Origin: an uncultured Actinomycetota bacterium | GTDB taxonomy: Bacteria > Actinomycetota > Actinomycetes > JAFAQI01 | Reading direction: 5' to 3' | NCBI GenBank assembly: GCA_963770565.1 | Contig: CAVYQE010000001.1 | Coordinates: forward strand, 64,001 to 128,000 | Length of the DNA stretch: 64,000 bases | Part shown: one piece after another, positions 13,033 through 24,290 of the stretch | How the letters are laid out: the number at the start of each line of letters is the position of its first letter | How positions within the stretch are numbered: position 1 is the stretch's first letter | The notes under the pieces: generated by a model | Told to the model about the DNA's origin: nothing | Database searches by the model: none | Seen by the model: only the letters and a program-made list of their open reading frames with translations | Translations under genes and position numbers: made by a program

Positions 13033-13752
13033 ATGTTCGTTCAGCTATTGGCGGATTTCAAAGATCGCGTACGCGAAGTTGACCTCTATTTTCAGCTTCT
13101 CTCGGCGATCGACAACGACGAGATCCTGGTCGGCAAGGGGAGCGGACAGCAGGTATTGCCAATCGGAGTAATGCCCAGCGATTTGGACGGTATCTTTAGA
13201 CGGGCGGCATATCTTGTTCTTTACAATCTCGTCGAGGCGTTTGTTCGCCGCGGCTTTCAAGCTGTTTTCGACTCGATACACGCAGACGGGCTGTGTGGCA
13301 TCGAGTTGACGGAATTGCTCCGCACGCAATGGGTAATGCAAAAGAACAGGAAGGTCAAAGCCTTCGACGGCTCACCGAAGGTGTACATGGAGATCGCTAT
13401 CGACATTGTTGGCGAGATTATCGACAAGACGTCCGCAAAACTGCATCGCGACCAGCTTCCAATGTCGGGCAACTTGGACGCGGACGTTATCCGAGATGTC
13501 TGCATGCGACACGGTGTGGACGACCAGACACCGGCGGCGGCAAAGGGCGGCTCCGCGTTGACGATCGTGAAGAAGAAACGCAACTCACTGGCGCACGGCG
13601 ACGAATCTTTTTCGGAGTGCGGCAGACAGACGACGGCCGCTCAACTTCTCGTTGCCAAAGATGAGGTCGTACTTTTTATTAGGGGGATTCTACACAACCT
13701 CGAGAAGTTTGCGACGAGCAAGTCCTACAAGGCACCGACAATCGTCGTATGA
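13033..13752 (+). CDS. HEPN-domain protein (MAE_28990/RiboL-PSP-like)
   Basis: YLVLYNLVEA, SGNLD and the RxxxxH motif KRNSLAHGDESF. Confidence 0.85.
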   Translation: MFVQLLADFKDRVREVDLYFQLLSAIDNDEILVGKGSGQQVLPIGVMPSDLDGIFRRAAYLVLYNLVEAFVRRGFQAVFDSIHADGLCGIELTELLRTQWVMQKNRKVKAFDGSPKVYMEIAIDIVGEIIDKTSAKLHRDQLPMSGNLDADVIRDVCMRHGVDDQTPAAAKGGSALTIVKKKRNSLAHGDESFSECGRQTTAAQLLVAKDEVVLFIRGILHNLEKFATSKSYKAPTIVV

Positions 13753-13789
13753 AAGAGAAACGACACCGGAGCAAGGTTCGTTGCCGAGA

Positions 13790-14197
13790 ATGGACAATCT
13801 GACGCCAGTTCGTCGATCGCTGCTGATGTCTCGGGTTCGTGGCGCTGACACAAAGCCGGAAATCGCCGTTCGGCGGCGCTACACAAACTTGGATTGCGTT
13901 TTCGACTGCATTCGGTTGACTTGCCGGGCGAGCCCGACATCGTGCTGCCGCGAATGGAGAGTCGCTATATTCGTCCACGGCTGTTTCCGGCACCGGCATT
14001 CGAATTGCCGAAAGACGACGCATCCAAGCAGCAATCGCGAATTTTGGGAGCAGAAGTTCGCCGCAAACGTCGATCGCGATAGGCGATGCGTCAAAGCGTT
14101 CCGCAGGCTCGGCTGGACTGCTATGGTCGTTTGCGAGTGCCAAATGGCCGATGAACGAACGATGACGCAAAGCCTGGAAAGGCGATTCCACCGCTGA
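13790..14197 (+). CDS. vsr: Very short patch repair endonuclease (frameshifted)
   Basis: DNLT...RSLLMSRVRGADTKPE, DLPGEPDIVLP, AIFVHGCF.H.H, FWEQKFAANVDRDR. Confidence 0.9.
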   Translation: MDNLTPVRRSLLMSRVRGADTKPEIAVRRRYTNLDCVFDCIRLTCRASPTSCCREWRVAIFVHGCFRHRHSNCRKTTHPSSNREFWEQKFAANVDRDRRCVKAFRRLGWTAMVVCECQMADERTMTQSLERRFHR

Positions 14198-14225
14198 TTA
14201 CGGAGGGTAATCACAAATCGCTTCG

Positions 14226-16249
14226 TCAAGTTCTCTTGAACTGCTTATCCAACTCGTCCCGCGTGAAAACCAGCGCCGTCGGGCGGCCGTGGGGGCAGTG
14301 GTGGCTGTCTTGGGCCAGGTGGCGCTGCTCGACCAGGGCGGCGACCTCCTCGGGGGTGAGCGGGTCGCCCGCCTTGATCGCCGCTTTGCAGGCGATCATG
14401 TGCAGCAGGTCGTCGAGCACTTCGCGGCGGTCGGGCGTTTTGCCTCCTTCGAGCAATTGCGCGGCCAGTCCGCGGAGCAGTTCCGCCGGGCGCAGCTTGG
14501 CGAGCATGGCCGGGTAGCCGAGCACCAGCAGGGTGCCGCCGCCGAACGGCTCGATCTCGAGGCCCAGCCGGGCCAACAATTCCTTCTCGGCCAGTGCCGC
14601 GGCCTCTCGGCGGGATTCAAATCGACCGGCTCGGGAACCAACAGGCGCTGCGTTTCGAGCGCCCCCGAGAGCACCTTCTCGCGAATCTCCTCATACAACA
14701 CGCGCTCGTGCAGGGCGTGCTGATCGATCACCACGACCCCCTCGTCGGTCTCGGCGACGAGATAGCGATCGTGGACCTGAATGGCCGCCGATCGTGCCCG
14801 AAACGCCGTCGGCGGCCGCCGGCTCTCCGCGGAGCCGCCGCCGAACTGCGATGCGCCGAAATGCGGACCATCGAAATGCGGACTGCGCACTGCGGAACTG
14901 TCGGCCGCGGCCGGATCCGGACGATACGCCGCGCTCCCGCCGCCGAGCTGGCCGCGATCGAGCGGCACGAGTTCCAGGGGCCGATGGGGCGTGGTGAAAA
15001 ACCCGGCCGCGGCGCCGAATGGCGGCGGGATGGCAATCTGGGCGCCTGGCGGCGCGGCGGTCTCGGCGCCTGGTGGCGCGGCGATCTCGGCGCCTGGCGG
15101 CGTGGCGGCGTGCGTGGCTTGAATCGCTTGATCGAGCTGCCCTTTCGCCCAGGCGACCAATTCCCCTTGCAGCCGTGCGGCATGGCTCGGATCGTGGGCT
15201 TGTGTGGGATCCTGCACGGCGATCGACGACGAGGGGGCGGGCTGCAGCCGCGCGGTCAAGTCGGTCGTCAAGAATCGGGTCCGGAGCGTGCCGAGCAGTT
15301 GGCTATAGACGCGGCCGCCGTCTTGGAACCGGACTTCGAGCTTCGTCGGATGGACGTTGACGTCGATCTCCTCGGGAGGCATTTCGATTTCGAGAAAGGC
15401 GATCGGATAGCGCCCGGTGAGCAACAGCCCGCGATACGCCTCGCCCAGGGCATGTTGCAACGAACGATCGCGGATGGCGCGGCCGTTCAAGAACAGGAAC
15501 TGCATCTTTTGATTCGCCCGGCTGTGGCTCGGATTGGCGACGTATCCCGAGAGCTGGAGCGCCCCGTCGCGGCTCTCGACGCGAATCAACTGGCCGGCCA
15601 GCTCCGCGCCGAAGAACGCGGCGATGCGGGCGCTCCAGTCGTCGGTGGGGGGCAGATCGTGCAACAGCTTGTCCTGATGGCGGAGGGTGAAATGCCGCCG
15701 GGGATAGGCCAGCGCCAGCCGGGTGAAGGCTTCGGTCGCATGGCCCAGCTCGGTCGGCGTCGCACGCAGGAATTTGCGGCGCACCGGCGTATTGAAGAAG
15801 AGATGGTGGACTTCGATGAGCGTTCCCGGCGGCGCGCCGCAGGGGGCGACGGGGCCGCGTTGGCCGCCGCTGATTTCGAGTTCCGCTCCGGCGGGGGCCT
15901 CGGGGGTGCGGCTGCGGATCACGGTCCGGCTGACTTCGGCGATCGAGGCCAGCGCCTCGCCGCGAAAGCCGAGCGTGCCGACGCGAAACAGATCGTCGGC
16001 CTCGCGAATCTTGCTCGTGGCATGGGGGGCGACGGCCAAGATCAACTGATCCGCCGCGATGCCGCAGCCGTTGTCCACGACGCGGACGAGTTCCGCCCCC
16101 CCTTGGGCCAGCGCCACATCGATCCGCTGCGCCCCGGCGTCGATGGCGTTTTCCATCAATTCCTTGACGACGCTTCCGGGCCGCTCGATCACCTCGCCCG
16201 CGGCAATCTTGTTGACGACGCTCGGAGAGAGTTGCCGGATGTCGGACAT
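14226..16249 (-). CDS. mutL: DNA mismatch repair protein MutL (one frameshift)
   Basis: KIAAGEVIERP, ENAIDAGA, TLGFRGEAL, DQHALHER, ACKAAIK, CPHGRP. Confidence 0.97.
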
Positions 16250-16252
16250 GGC

Positions 16253-17659
16253 TTAGAGTCCATACTCCTTGATTTTCCGATACAGCGTCCGCTCGCCGAT
16301 GCCGAGCAATTCGGCGGCGTGCTCGCGGTTGCCGCCGGCGAAGCGGAGCGTCTCGGCGATGAACAGCTTCTCGATTTCGACCAGCGGCTTGCCGACGAGC
16401 CCCGCCACGCTGCCGGGCGACGCCTGCTCGGTCGCGGCCGGCATCGGTCCGGCCAATTCGGCTGGCAGATCGTCGAGATCGAGCACCCCGTCGAAATCGA
16501 CCACCACCATGCTCTCGACGACGTTGCGCAACTGCCGCACATTGCCCGGCCAGGCGAAGCCCAGCAGCTTCAGCCGGGCGGCGGTCGACATGCTCTTGAT
16601 CGTTTTGTGGTGCCGCTTGGCGAATTGGCGGATGAAATGCTCGATCAACAGCGGAATGTCCTCTTTGCGCTCGGCCAACCGCGGGAGGATGATCGTCACC
16701 ACCTTGAGCCGATGATAGAGGTCGCTACGAAACGTGCCCGCGGCAATCGCGTCTTCGAGATTGCGGTTGGTGGCCGACAGAAACCGCACGTTGACCCGCA
16801 CCTGATCGTTCGACCCGACGCGGGTGATTTCGCCGCTTTCGAGCACGCGGAGCAGTTTGATCTGCGTGGCCAGCGGCATGTCGCCCACCTCGTCGAGGAA
16901 CAGGGTTCCCCCGTGGGCATACTCGAATTTACCGACCCGATCGGTCGAGGCGTCGGTGAACGCCCCGCGCACATGGCCGAACAACTCGCTCTCGAGGATG
17001 TTTTCGCTCAGGGCGGCGCAGTTCAGGGCGACGAACGGCTTGTTTTTTCGGGGGCTGTTTTGATGAATCGCCTGGGCGACGAGTTCCTTGCCGGTGCCTG
17101 TCTCGCCTTGGATCAGCACGCTGGCGTCGGTGGGGGCGATCCGCTTGAGCCGATCGATCACGGCGTTCATCTGCGGGCTCGAGCCGATGACCCCCTCGAA
17201 GCCGAATTTCTCGTCGAGCCGACGATGCAGTTCGATATTCGTGCGTCGCAGGCGGACCGCTTCCGAGGCCTTTTCGGCGATGATCCGCAGATGCCCCAGA
17301 TCGAGGGGCTTTTGCAGATAATTGAACGCCCCTTGCTGCATGGCCGCCACCGCCGAGGGGATCGTGCCGTGACCGGTGACGACGATCACCTCCGCGTCGG
17401 GAAGAACTTTTTTGGCGCGGGCCAGGATTTCCAGGCCGTCGATATCGGCCATTTTCAGATCGGTGATGACGATGTTGAACGTCTCGCGTTCGATCATCGC
17501 CGCCCCTTGCGGGCCCGAGCCGGCCACTTCGCACTCGTAGCCGATGCGCTCGAGCCCCTCGGAGACGGTTTCGGCGTGCGATTGGTCGTTGTTGACGATC
17601 AACACGCGAATGTCGGTCGGCTTGGGTCGTTCGATTTCTGCGGCGACGGTCGCTACCAT
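16253..17659 (-). CDS. Sigma-54-dependent response regulator (NtrC/AtoC family)
   Basis: Receiver domain, [14 protein letters not shown] loop, [16 protein letters not shown]-terminal Fis HTH. Confidence 0.93.
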   Translation of the reverse strand: MVATVAAEIERPKPTDIRVLIVNNDQSHAETVSEGLERIGYECEVAGSGPQGAAMIERETFNIVITDLKMADIDGLEILARAKKVLPDAEVIVVTGHGTIPSAVAAMQQGAFNYLQKPLDLGHLRIIAEKASEAVRLRRTNIELHRRLDEKFGFEGVIGSSPQMNAVIDRLKRIAPTDASVLIQGETGTGKELVAQAIHQNSPRKNKPFVALNCAALSENILESELFGHVRGAFTDASTDRVGKFEYAHGGTLFLDEVGDMPLATQIKLLRVLESGEITRVGSNDQVRVNVRFLSATNRNLEDAIAAGTFRSDLYHRLKVVTIILPRLAERKEDIPLLIEHFIRQFAKRHHKTIKSMSTAARLKLLGFAWPGNVRQLRNVVESMVVVDFDGVLDLDDLPAELAGPMPAATEQASPGSVAGLVGKPLVEIEKLFIAETLRFAGGNREHAAELLGIGERTLYRKIKEYGL

Positions 17660-17777
17660 CCGGCCGATGATACAACATCCGCGGCGAATCGACCAGAACC
17701 GGGTGGACAAAGCGCAGCGCGGGCTCTCCCGGCGCGAGAGGCGAGCAAAATGGGCCCGGGGCGCCGTCCGGAGGCGA

Positions 17778-19059
17778 TCACTTTTGGGCTGTCTGCCCCA
17801 CGACGCCGGCCTCGGTCGCAGCGATGCGGGCTTGGACGTATTGCAGGTCGGACCGGCTCAGGCGATCCATCGGCACCGTCGTGTATTTGCCCGTATCCTT
17901 CAAGATCCGGACCGTGTGCGTCATGATTTTGACGAGCTTTCCGTGAATCCGATATTCGCCTGTATCATCTTGCCACCGGCGCATCGCCGGCTCGGCCAGC
18001 CCGACGAGTTCGGCGGCCGCGCCGAGCGTGCCGGCAGACTTCGTGGCAGCAGGTTTTTTGGCAGCCGGATCGGCGAACGGATCCTGAATCGGCGCATCGA
18101 CTGGCTTGGACTTCGGACTCTTCGGCAGCGGGTTTGGCTGCTGCCGGTTCGAGCGGAGCCAACGCGGCCCGCGGCGGAGCGACCGCTTTGCCCGGCTCGG
18201 CAAATGGATCGGCGTCGGCGGGCTTCTTGGCATCTGCTGGTTTGGAGGTCGCTGGGCTCGTTGCCGCCGGTTCGGCTGCCGGCGCGGCGCTGGCCGGCGC
18301 GGGAGTGATCGGGGCGGGGACGGTCTTCGGCGTATTCGCGGCGGCCTTACCCGGTTGGGCGAACGGATCGGACGAATCGCCAGGATTGGCCTTGGGAAGG
18401 GTCGGCTCGGTGGGCGGAGTTGCGCTCTTCGGCAATGCTGTTGGCGGGGTGCTCTTCGGCGGCGCGGTTGGAGTCGGCTGAGCGAACGGATCGTCGCTGG
18501 GCTTGGTCACCGGTTTGACGGGTTCCTTCGGCAATGCGGGCGTGGGCGTCGTCACGGTCGTTTTGGGGGGAGTCGGCGCCGGCGTCGTCATCGGGAGAGT
18601 CGTCTTCGGCGGTGTCGGCTCGACCGGCGGCTGCTTGGGAAGCGTCGGTTCGACCGGCGCGGTGATCGCTTTGGGCGGGGTGGTCGCTTTCGGCGCGGTG
18701 GTCGCTTTCGGCGGGGCGGTCTCTTTCGGCAAAGTCGGCGTAGTTTCCGGCGGCATGGGAGGCTCGGGCGGCGCCGTCTCGGCCGGCAGCGACGGCTTTT
18801 CGGTCGAAGGGGAGGCCGACGATTTGGGCGGGGTGGGGGGCACGGTAGGAGGCGTTCGAGCGGCCGCCGGTGTCGTGCAGTTTGCCGATGCGCCATTCGC
18901 CGTCGTGCAGTTCTCCGTCGGGGAACATGGCTGACAGCACGTCACTTGTTGGCAACAACAATCCTGTCGCCATCGCAGAAATCGGCAAGCCGATGCCGTA
19001 TCGAGCGACATCGACATGATCAATGTCCACACCAGCACGAATTGTCCCAAACGTCGCAT
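17778..19059 (-). CDS. Secreted Pro/Thr-rich protein with C-terminal SHD1 domain (frameshifted)
   Basis: Signal peptide, Cys-rich N-terminus, repeated DPFA motifs, [17 protein letters not shown]...[14 protein letters not shown]. Confidence 0.75.
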
Positions 19060-19371
19060 GGCAAAGTTCCTCCCAAGTTTGGCACGCCGACGTTCCGCCG
19101 CGCGACGAACAGCCGAGTTCGACCCGCGGCCGGCAACCGGCGCAAAGCACGATGAATCTTATGCTAACTTGGGAAATTGGCGGTTGCAACCGAATTCGGG
19201 GCCGGTTTGCCGCCGGTCCGGAGCGGGTCGTTCGGTTGTGCGGCGCTCGGCGCGGCTGCGTCGTCGGGGTCGTTGCCCGACCGCCATCTTTTCAGCCCGC
19301 TCCCGGTTCGATATGGTGGGGTGATTCGCGGCGAACCATTTCGAAACCCCTTCCGGCGGCATAACCCCACC

Positions 19372-19833
19372 ATGACTCCCGAACAAAAACTGGCCGACTT
19401 GAAATTGGATCTCCCGGCTGTCCCCACACCCCAGGGCATCTATCAACCGCTGGTCATCGTCGGCAATCTGGTCTATGTGTCGGGGCATGGACCGTTGCAA
19501 TCCAACAAGACGCTGATTCAAGGCCGCGTCGGAGCGGATTTGGATCTCGAGGCAGGGCGCAGGGCGGCGCGGCAGGTCGGGCTGGCGATGCTCGCCACCT
19601 TGCGGCAATATCTCGGCAGCCTCGATCGCGTGCGGCGGCTGGTGAAAACGCTCGGGCTGGTGAATTGCACCGCCGATTTTCACCAGCAACCCGCCGTGAT
19701 CAACGGCTTCAGCGAATTGATGGCCGAGATGTTCGGCGCCGAAAACGGCGTGGGGGCCCGCAGCGCCGTCGGCGCCCCCGCACTGCCGGGCAATATGGCC
19801 GTCGAAGTCGAGGCGATCTTCGAGATCGGCTAG
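19372..19833 (+). CDS. RidA/YjgF family protein
   Basis: VYVSGHGP, VINGFSEL, GARSAVG, VEVEAIFE. Confidence 0.9.
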   Translation: MTPEQKLADLKLDLPAVPTPQGIYQPLVIVGNLVYVSGHGPLQSNKTLIQGRVGADLDLEAGRRAARQVGLAMLATLRQYLGSLDRVRRLVKTLGLVNCTADFHQQPAVINGFSELMAEMFGAENGVGARSAVGAPALPGNMAVEVEAIFEIG

Positions 19834-20048
19834 GAAACGTAGCGGTGGCTTCCCACCGCCGTGCAAGGAAGCCGGGTATCGCATTTTGGCAAATTCGCCC
19901 GTAGGACGGCTCGGGAGAGCCGTCCTACGATCGAGATCGAATTTCGCAAGAACATCGGACTCTATTGGCAAAGACCCCCGCGCGGCGGCTGGAAGCCACC
20001 GCTACGAGAAGCACCCACTGCAGCCACGAGCGGCGCGAGCCGATTTCG

Positions 20049-21235
20049 ATGAACCTCACGACCACCGCTCCCCGTTGCTCCGCGGCGATCTCCCGCGCTC
20101 TCGACTCGCGACAGGCCCTCGACCAAGCGCTCGACGAGGCCTGCGGCCGGCTCGACGCCGCGGGCCATTTGGCGTTTCTGTTTGCATCCGCTCATCATCG
20201 GCCGCAGTTCGAGCACTTCGGGCCGCGGTTGGTCGAGCGACTCGGGTCGGCGGCGATTCTCGGCTGCACGGGGGAATCGATCGTCGGGAACGATCGCGAG
20301 ATCGAAGGCGAGCCGGCCCTGGCGCTGTGGCTGGCGCATTTGCCGGGCACCGACCTGCTGCCGATGCATTTGGAATTCGACCGGACACCCGAAGGAGGCG
20401 CATTCGTCGGATGGCCGAACGATCTGCCGCCCCGATGGCCCGCCGGCGCCGCACTCTTGCTGCTGGGCGACCCGTTCAGTTTTCCGGCCGATGCGCTGCT
20501 CGCACGGATCGACGACGACCATCCGGGAGTGCCCGTTTTGGGCGGAATGGCCAGCAGCGCGGCGCGACCGGGTGAGAATCGGTTGCTGCTCGGGGCGGCG
20601 AGCTACGACCGCGGGGCGGTGGCCGTGCTGGTGAGCGGCGCAACGCGCATTCGCAGCGTCGTCTCGCAAGGTTGTCGCCCGATCGGCCGGCCGTTTGTCA
20701 TCACCAAGGCCGAAGCCAATGTGATTCACGAACTCGGCGGCGCCGGCCCTGGCCCGGCTGCAAGAAACCTACGGCGAGCTGACCCCCGCCGAACAGCAAC
20801 TCGTGCGCAGCGGATTGCACGTCGGCCGCGTGTTCAGCGAGTATCGCGAGCATTTCGGCCGCGGCGATTTTCTGATCCGCAACGTGGTGGGCGCGGATCC
20901 CGCCAGCGGCGCGATCGCCATCGGCGATCACGTGCGGCCGGGGCAGACCGTGCAATTCCACATCCGCGACGCCGCGACGGCCGACGAAGACTTGCGGGCG
21001 CTGCTCTCGGCCGCGGCGGCCGAGACCGCCGCGCCGCCGGCGGGAGCGCTGCTGTTCACCTGCAACGGGCGGGGGACGCGGCTCTTTCCGAGCCCATCAC
21101 GATGCCGAATGCGTCCGCGACTGCCTTGGCTGCATTCCCGTCGCCGGCTTTTTCGCCCAAGGCGAACTCGGTCCGATCGGGGGCAAGAATTTTCTGCACG
21201 GCTTCACCGCCAGTCTGGCCTTGATCGAAGGCTGA
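20049..21235 (+). CDS. FIST N/C domain protein (frameshifted)
   Basis: [53 protein letters not shown]. Confidence 0.85.
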
Positions 21236-21360
21236 GGGGGATCGCCCCCGGTCGCCGGTCGTTTGGAACTTCTCGCCGGGTTTGGCCGTCAAAAGGGGCG
21301 GCGGTCGCGCCGCGGCGCGGCCTTGCAATCTCCTTCACCCCAGCGACGGAGGCCGATACC

Positions 21361-22317
21361 ATGCGACTCACCCGCGACATCCCGAAATTGGCGGCCCTGC
21401 TTTCGCTGCTGGCCATCGCATCGGCCGCCGGCCGAAGTGCCGCCCAAGACGCGACGGAAAGCACCGAAAGTTATGTAAAAATTCGTGTCGATGTCGAGCT
21501 GCGCGGCACGCTCCATTGCACCCCGGCGGGAAGCACCGTCACCGCCGTCTGGCGAAACTACGAACTCTATCACGACGATCGGGAACTCCCCGGCCAGGGA
21601 CCGGAAACTTGGAAACTCGATTTCCGCCGAGCCCGCCGATGGGAAGCGATGGCCAAGGCGCTCGATGGAAAGGAAGCGGTCGTCGTCGGCCGGAGCGAAT
21701 TGCGTATGGTCTCGCCGCGATTGCCGCCCGGAGCGGGAGGCGGATTCTCCGGGCAAAACCCGCCGCCGAGCCCGACCTGGAGCGTGCATCACACCATTCT
21801 CGTCTCCGAACTGCGGTTGGCCGACAAGCCCTCGACCGCCCGGCAATCATCCGACAAAGCCAAGGCGATTGTCGATCGTCTGCGGCCGGACTTGGCCACC
21901 TTGGCCCTGTACTTGACCTACGTGCCCGCGGGGCGCGAAGAGCGGCCCAGTCTGGAACTCTATGCGCCGATCATCGTCGTTCATCCGGGCGGCGACCGAT
22001 TTCATATCACCGCCGGGCAATGCCGGAATCTCTTCGATATTCTGGTCGCGGATGGATACTTCGCTCGGGCGACGCCAATGCTGGCGGTGAAAAAAAGCTC
22101 GCCGCCGCAGAAAGGGCCGTTCTACGACTTGAGGATCTCGGTCGGCGGCCAATCGCCCATGTATCATGCCTCGATCGGATGGGACCGGAACACGATCGAG
22201 AGATTGCAGGCCATCCAGGCGCGACTCGACGGCCAGCCGGCCAAGGCGGTCGGCCGCTTGATCGCGGCAGTCTCCAGCGATTTGGCGGAGCATTCAAAGC
22301 CGCTGCGCAACCCGTAA
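21361..22317 (+). CDS. Hypothetical exported protein
   Basis: ATG at 21361 followed by the signal-peptide-like stretch LAALLSLLAIASAA; open frame to 22317. Confidence 0.65.
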   Translation: MRLTRDIPKLAALLSLLAIASAAGRSAAQDATESTESYVKIRVDVELRGTLHCTPAGSTVTAVWRNYELYHDDRELPGQGPETWKLDFRRARRWEAMAKALDGKEAVVVGRSELRMVSPRLPPGAGGGFSGQNPPPSPTWSVHHTILVSELRLADKPSTARQSSDKAKAIVDRLRPDLATLALYLTYVPAGREERPSLELYAPIIVVHPGGDRFHITAGQCRNLFDILVADGYFARATPMLAVKKSSPPQKGPFYDLRISVGGQSPMYHASIGWDRNTIERLQAIQARLDGQPAKAVGRLIAAVSSDLAEHSKPLRNP

Positions 22318-22392
22318 CGACGTCCTGCCGGCGGCGAACTTGCGTAGACTATGGAAGAGATTTCGGTTTAGGATGGAGCAGCCGTAACAGAA

Positions 22393-23256
22393 CTCCCCTC
22401 GATTAGTGTAGATTAGTGCAGATCAGTGTTCTGTCTCTCTCCTGCGGACCGGGGGGCGGCCGTCATCAAACCGACTTCCGTTCTTCGCTTCATCAAACAC
22501 TTGGTGGAAAGGAACACTTATCTTGGCTAATCGACACCGATCGCGCACGTCGCCCCGCCTCCCCTCGATTAGTGTAGATTAGTGCAGATTAGTGTTCTGT
22601 CTCTTTCCTGCGGATCGGGGGGTGGGCGTCATCAAACCGACTTCCGACCTTTCTTCGCTTCATCAAACACTTGGCGGAAAGGAACACTTATCTTCGCTTA
22701 TCGACACCGATCGCGCACGTCGCCCCGCCTCCCCTCGATTAGTGTAGATTAGTGCAGATTAGTGTTCTGTCTCTCTCCTGCGGACCGGGGGGCGGCCGTC
22801 ATCAAACCGACTTCCGTTCTTCGCTTCATCAAACACTTGGTGGAAAGGAACACTTATCTTCGCTTATCGACACTGATCGCGCACATTGCCCCGCCTCCCC
22901 TCGATTAGTGTAGATTAGTGCAGATTAGTGTTCTGTCTCTCTCCTGCGGACCGGTGGCGGGCGTCATCAAACCGACTTCCGACCTTTCTTCGCTTCATCA
23001 AACACTTGGCGGAAAGGAACTTATCTTCGCTTATCGACACCGATCGCGCACGTCGCCCCGCCTCCCCTCGATTAGTGTAGATTAGTGCAGATTAGTGTTC
23101 TGTCTCTCTCCTGCGGACCGGTGGCGGGCGTCATCAAACCGACTTCCGACCTTTCGTTCTTCGCTTCATCAAACACTTGTTGGAAAGGAACACTTATCTT
23201 TGCTAATCTACACTGATCGCGCACGTTGCCCCGCCTGCCCGCAATAAGTGTAGATC
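22393..23256. repeat. Tandem array of five ~167-bp palindrome-bearing units
   Basis: GATTAGTGTAGATTAGTGCAGAT starts at 22401, 22567, 22737, 22903 and 23070. Confidence 0.95.
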
Positions 23257-23271
23257 GGATTGCACTTCTGT

Positions 23272-23918
23272 GGACAAACCAAGCGGTGACTGTCTGGAAG
23301 GTGGGTTTCATTCAACTCTTTCATCCGTCGCGTTGCCCTGGCTTGGGCCGGCGCCGTGGCGCCGTGTTTCTCGCTTGGGAATAAACATTATTGACGAGCG
23401 CGTTTCCGATGACGCTTGCAAGCGTGCCGCAACACGCCCAAACAATTGCTCCGACCTCAATGGATCGAAAAACCCGTTGAAGGCTCGCAGCGCCGAATAA
23501 TTCAGTATATACTGCCGCGAGGAACAACCCAACGATTGGCAGAGCGACAAAGAAGACAAAGGAGACAGTCGCGACGGCAATCGAGATCAGCAATATCTTA
23601 CCTGCGGTAAGTGGAGACATCGGGCGGACGGTCGCAGCGCAAACAGCGCAATCGCCGCGGCGAGCAGATATTGGTCGCGGCTTGCGCATTCGAACAGGCC
23701 AAGCGCTTCAACGCTCAGAACGCCCGCCATTCGCCAACGCATTATTGCTGCCGATTCACGCATATCATGCACTAATGACTGACCACAAGCCAGTCCAGAC
23801 AATCGGTATTGGAGCACGGCGCGGAAGGCGGGGCAAGGTGGTTCCGAGCATCCGGGGGCATGGTCGTGGAGTCGAGCGAGGGACAAACCAAGCGGTGACT
23901 GTCTGGAAAGTGGGTTTC
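23272..23918. repeat. 38-bp direct repeats (23272..23309 and 23881..23918) bracketing a ~570-bp segment
   Basis: GGACAAACCAAGCGGTGACTGTCTGGAA(G/A)GTGGGTTTC, one mismatch. Confidence 0.9.
23321..23851 (-). CDS. Putative membrane protein, disrupted or frameshifted
   Basis: Hydrophobic segments KILLISIAVATVSFVFFVALPIVGLFLAAVY and IEVGAIVWACCGTLASVIG; 5' end unclear. Confidence 0.4.
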
Positions 23919-24015
23919 CCAGTTTCGACCTCCTGGCAAGATCGCCGCGCGAGTCTATAATGGTCAACAGCCGGACACGGGTGGCAGGGGCTGGCATCGC
24001 TGCCGAAGCTCTACC

Positions 24016-24245
24016 GTAGCGCGGCTCTCCCGAGCCGTCGGGTAAGACGGCACAGGACCGTAGGACGGCTCTCCCGAGCCGTCGCGCAAGACAGCACAGG
24101 ACCGTAGGACGGCTCTCCCGAGCCGTCGCGCAAGACAGCACAGGACCGTAGGACGGCTCTCCCGAGCCGTCGCGCAAGACAGCACAGGACCGTAGCACGA
24201 CTCTCCCGAGCCGTCGCGCAAGACGGCTCGGGAGAGCCGTCCTAC
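24016..24245. repeat. GTAG-type REP cluster: 5 x 44-bp units plus one inverted copy
   Basis: GTAGGACGGCTCTCCCGAGCCGTC-like units at 24016, 24060, 24104, 24148, 24192; inverted copy 24222..24245; same REP also at 19901, 26431..26627 and 45625..45733. Confidence 0.9.
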
Positions 24246-24290
24246 GCTTGCTGCATCCGTGCGATTCGGGTAATCCGTGATTGAACCATT

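Noticed and set aside
14594-17926. 1110-aa plus-strand ORF
   Set aside because: Antisense shadow of mutL and the NtrC-family gene in high-GC DNA; likewise 3095..4621, 45998..46963 and 52665..54914
22393-23256. CRISPR array or repeat-encoded protein
   Set aside because: Whole units are near-identical with no unique spacers; unit lengths are not multiples of 3 and the arms contain stop codons
24016-24245. CRISPR-like array of 24-bp palindromic repeats at a 44-bp period
   Set aside because: The intervening 20-mers are nearly identical, the last copy is inverted, the repeat is a dispersed GTAG REP, and there are no cas genes
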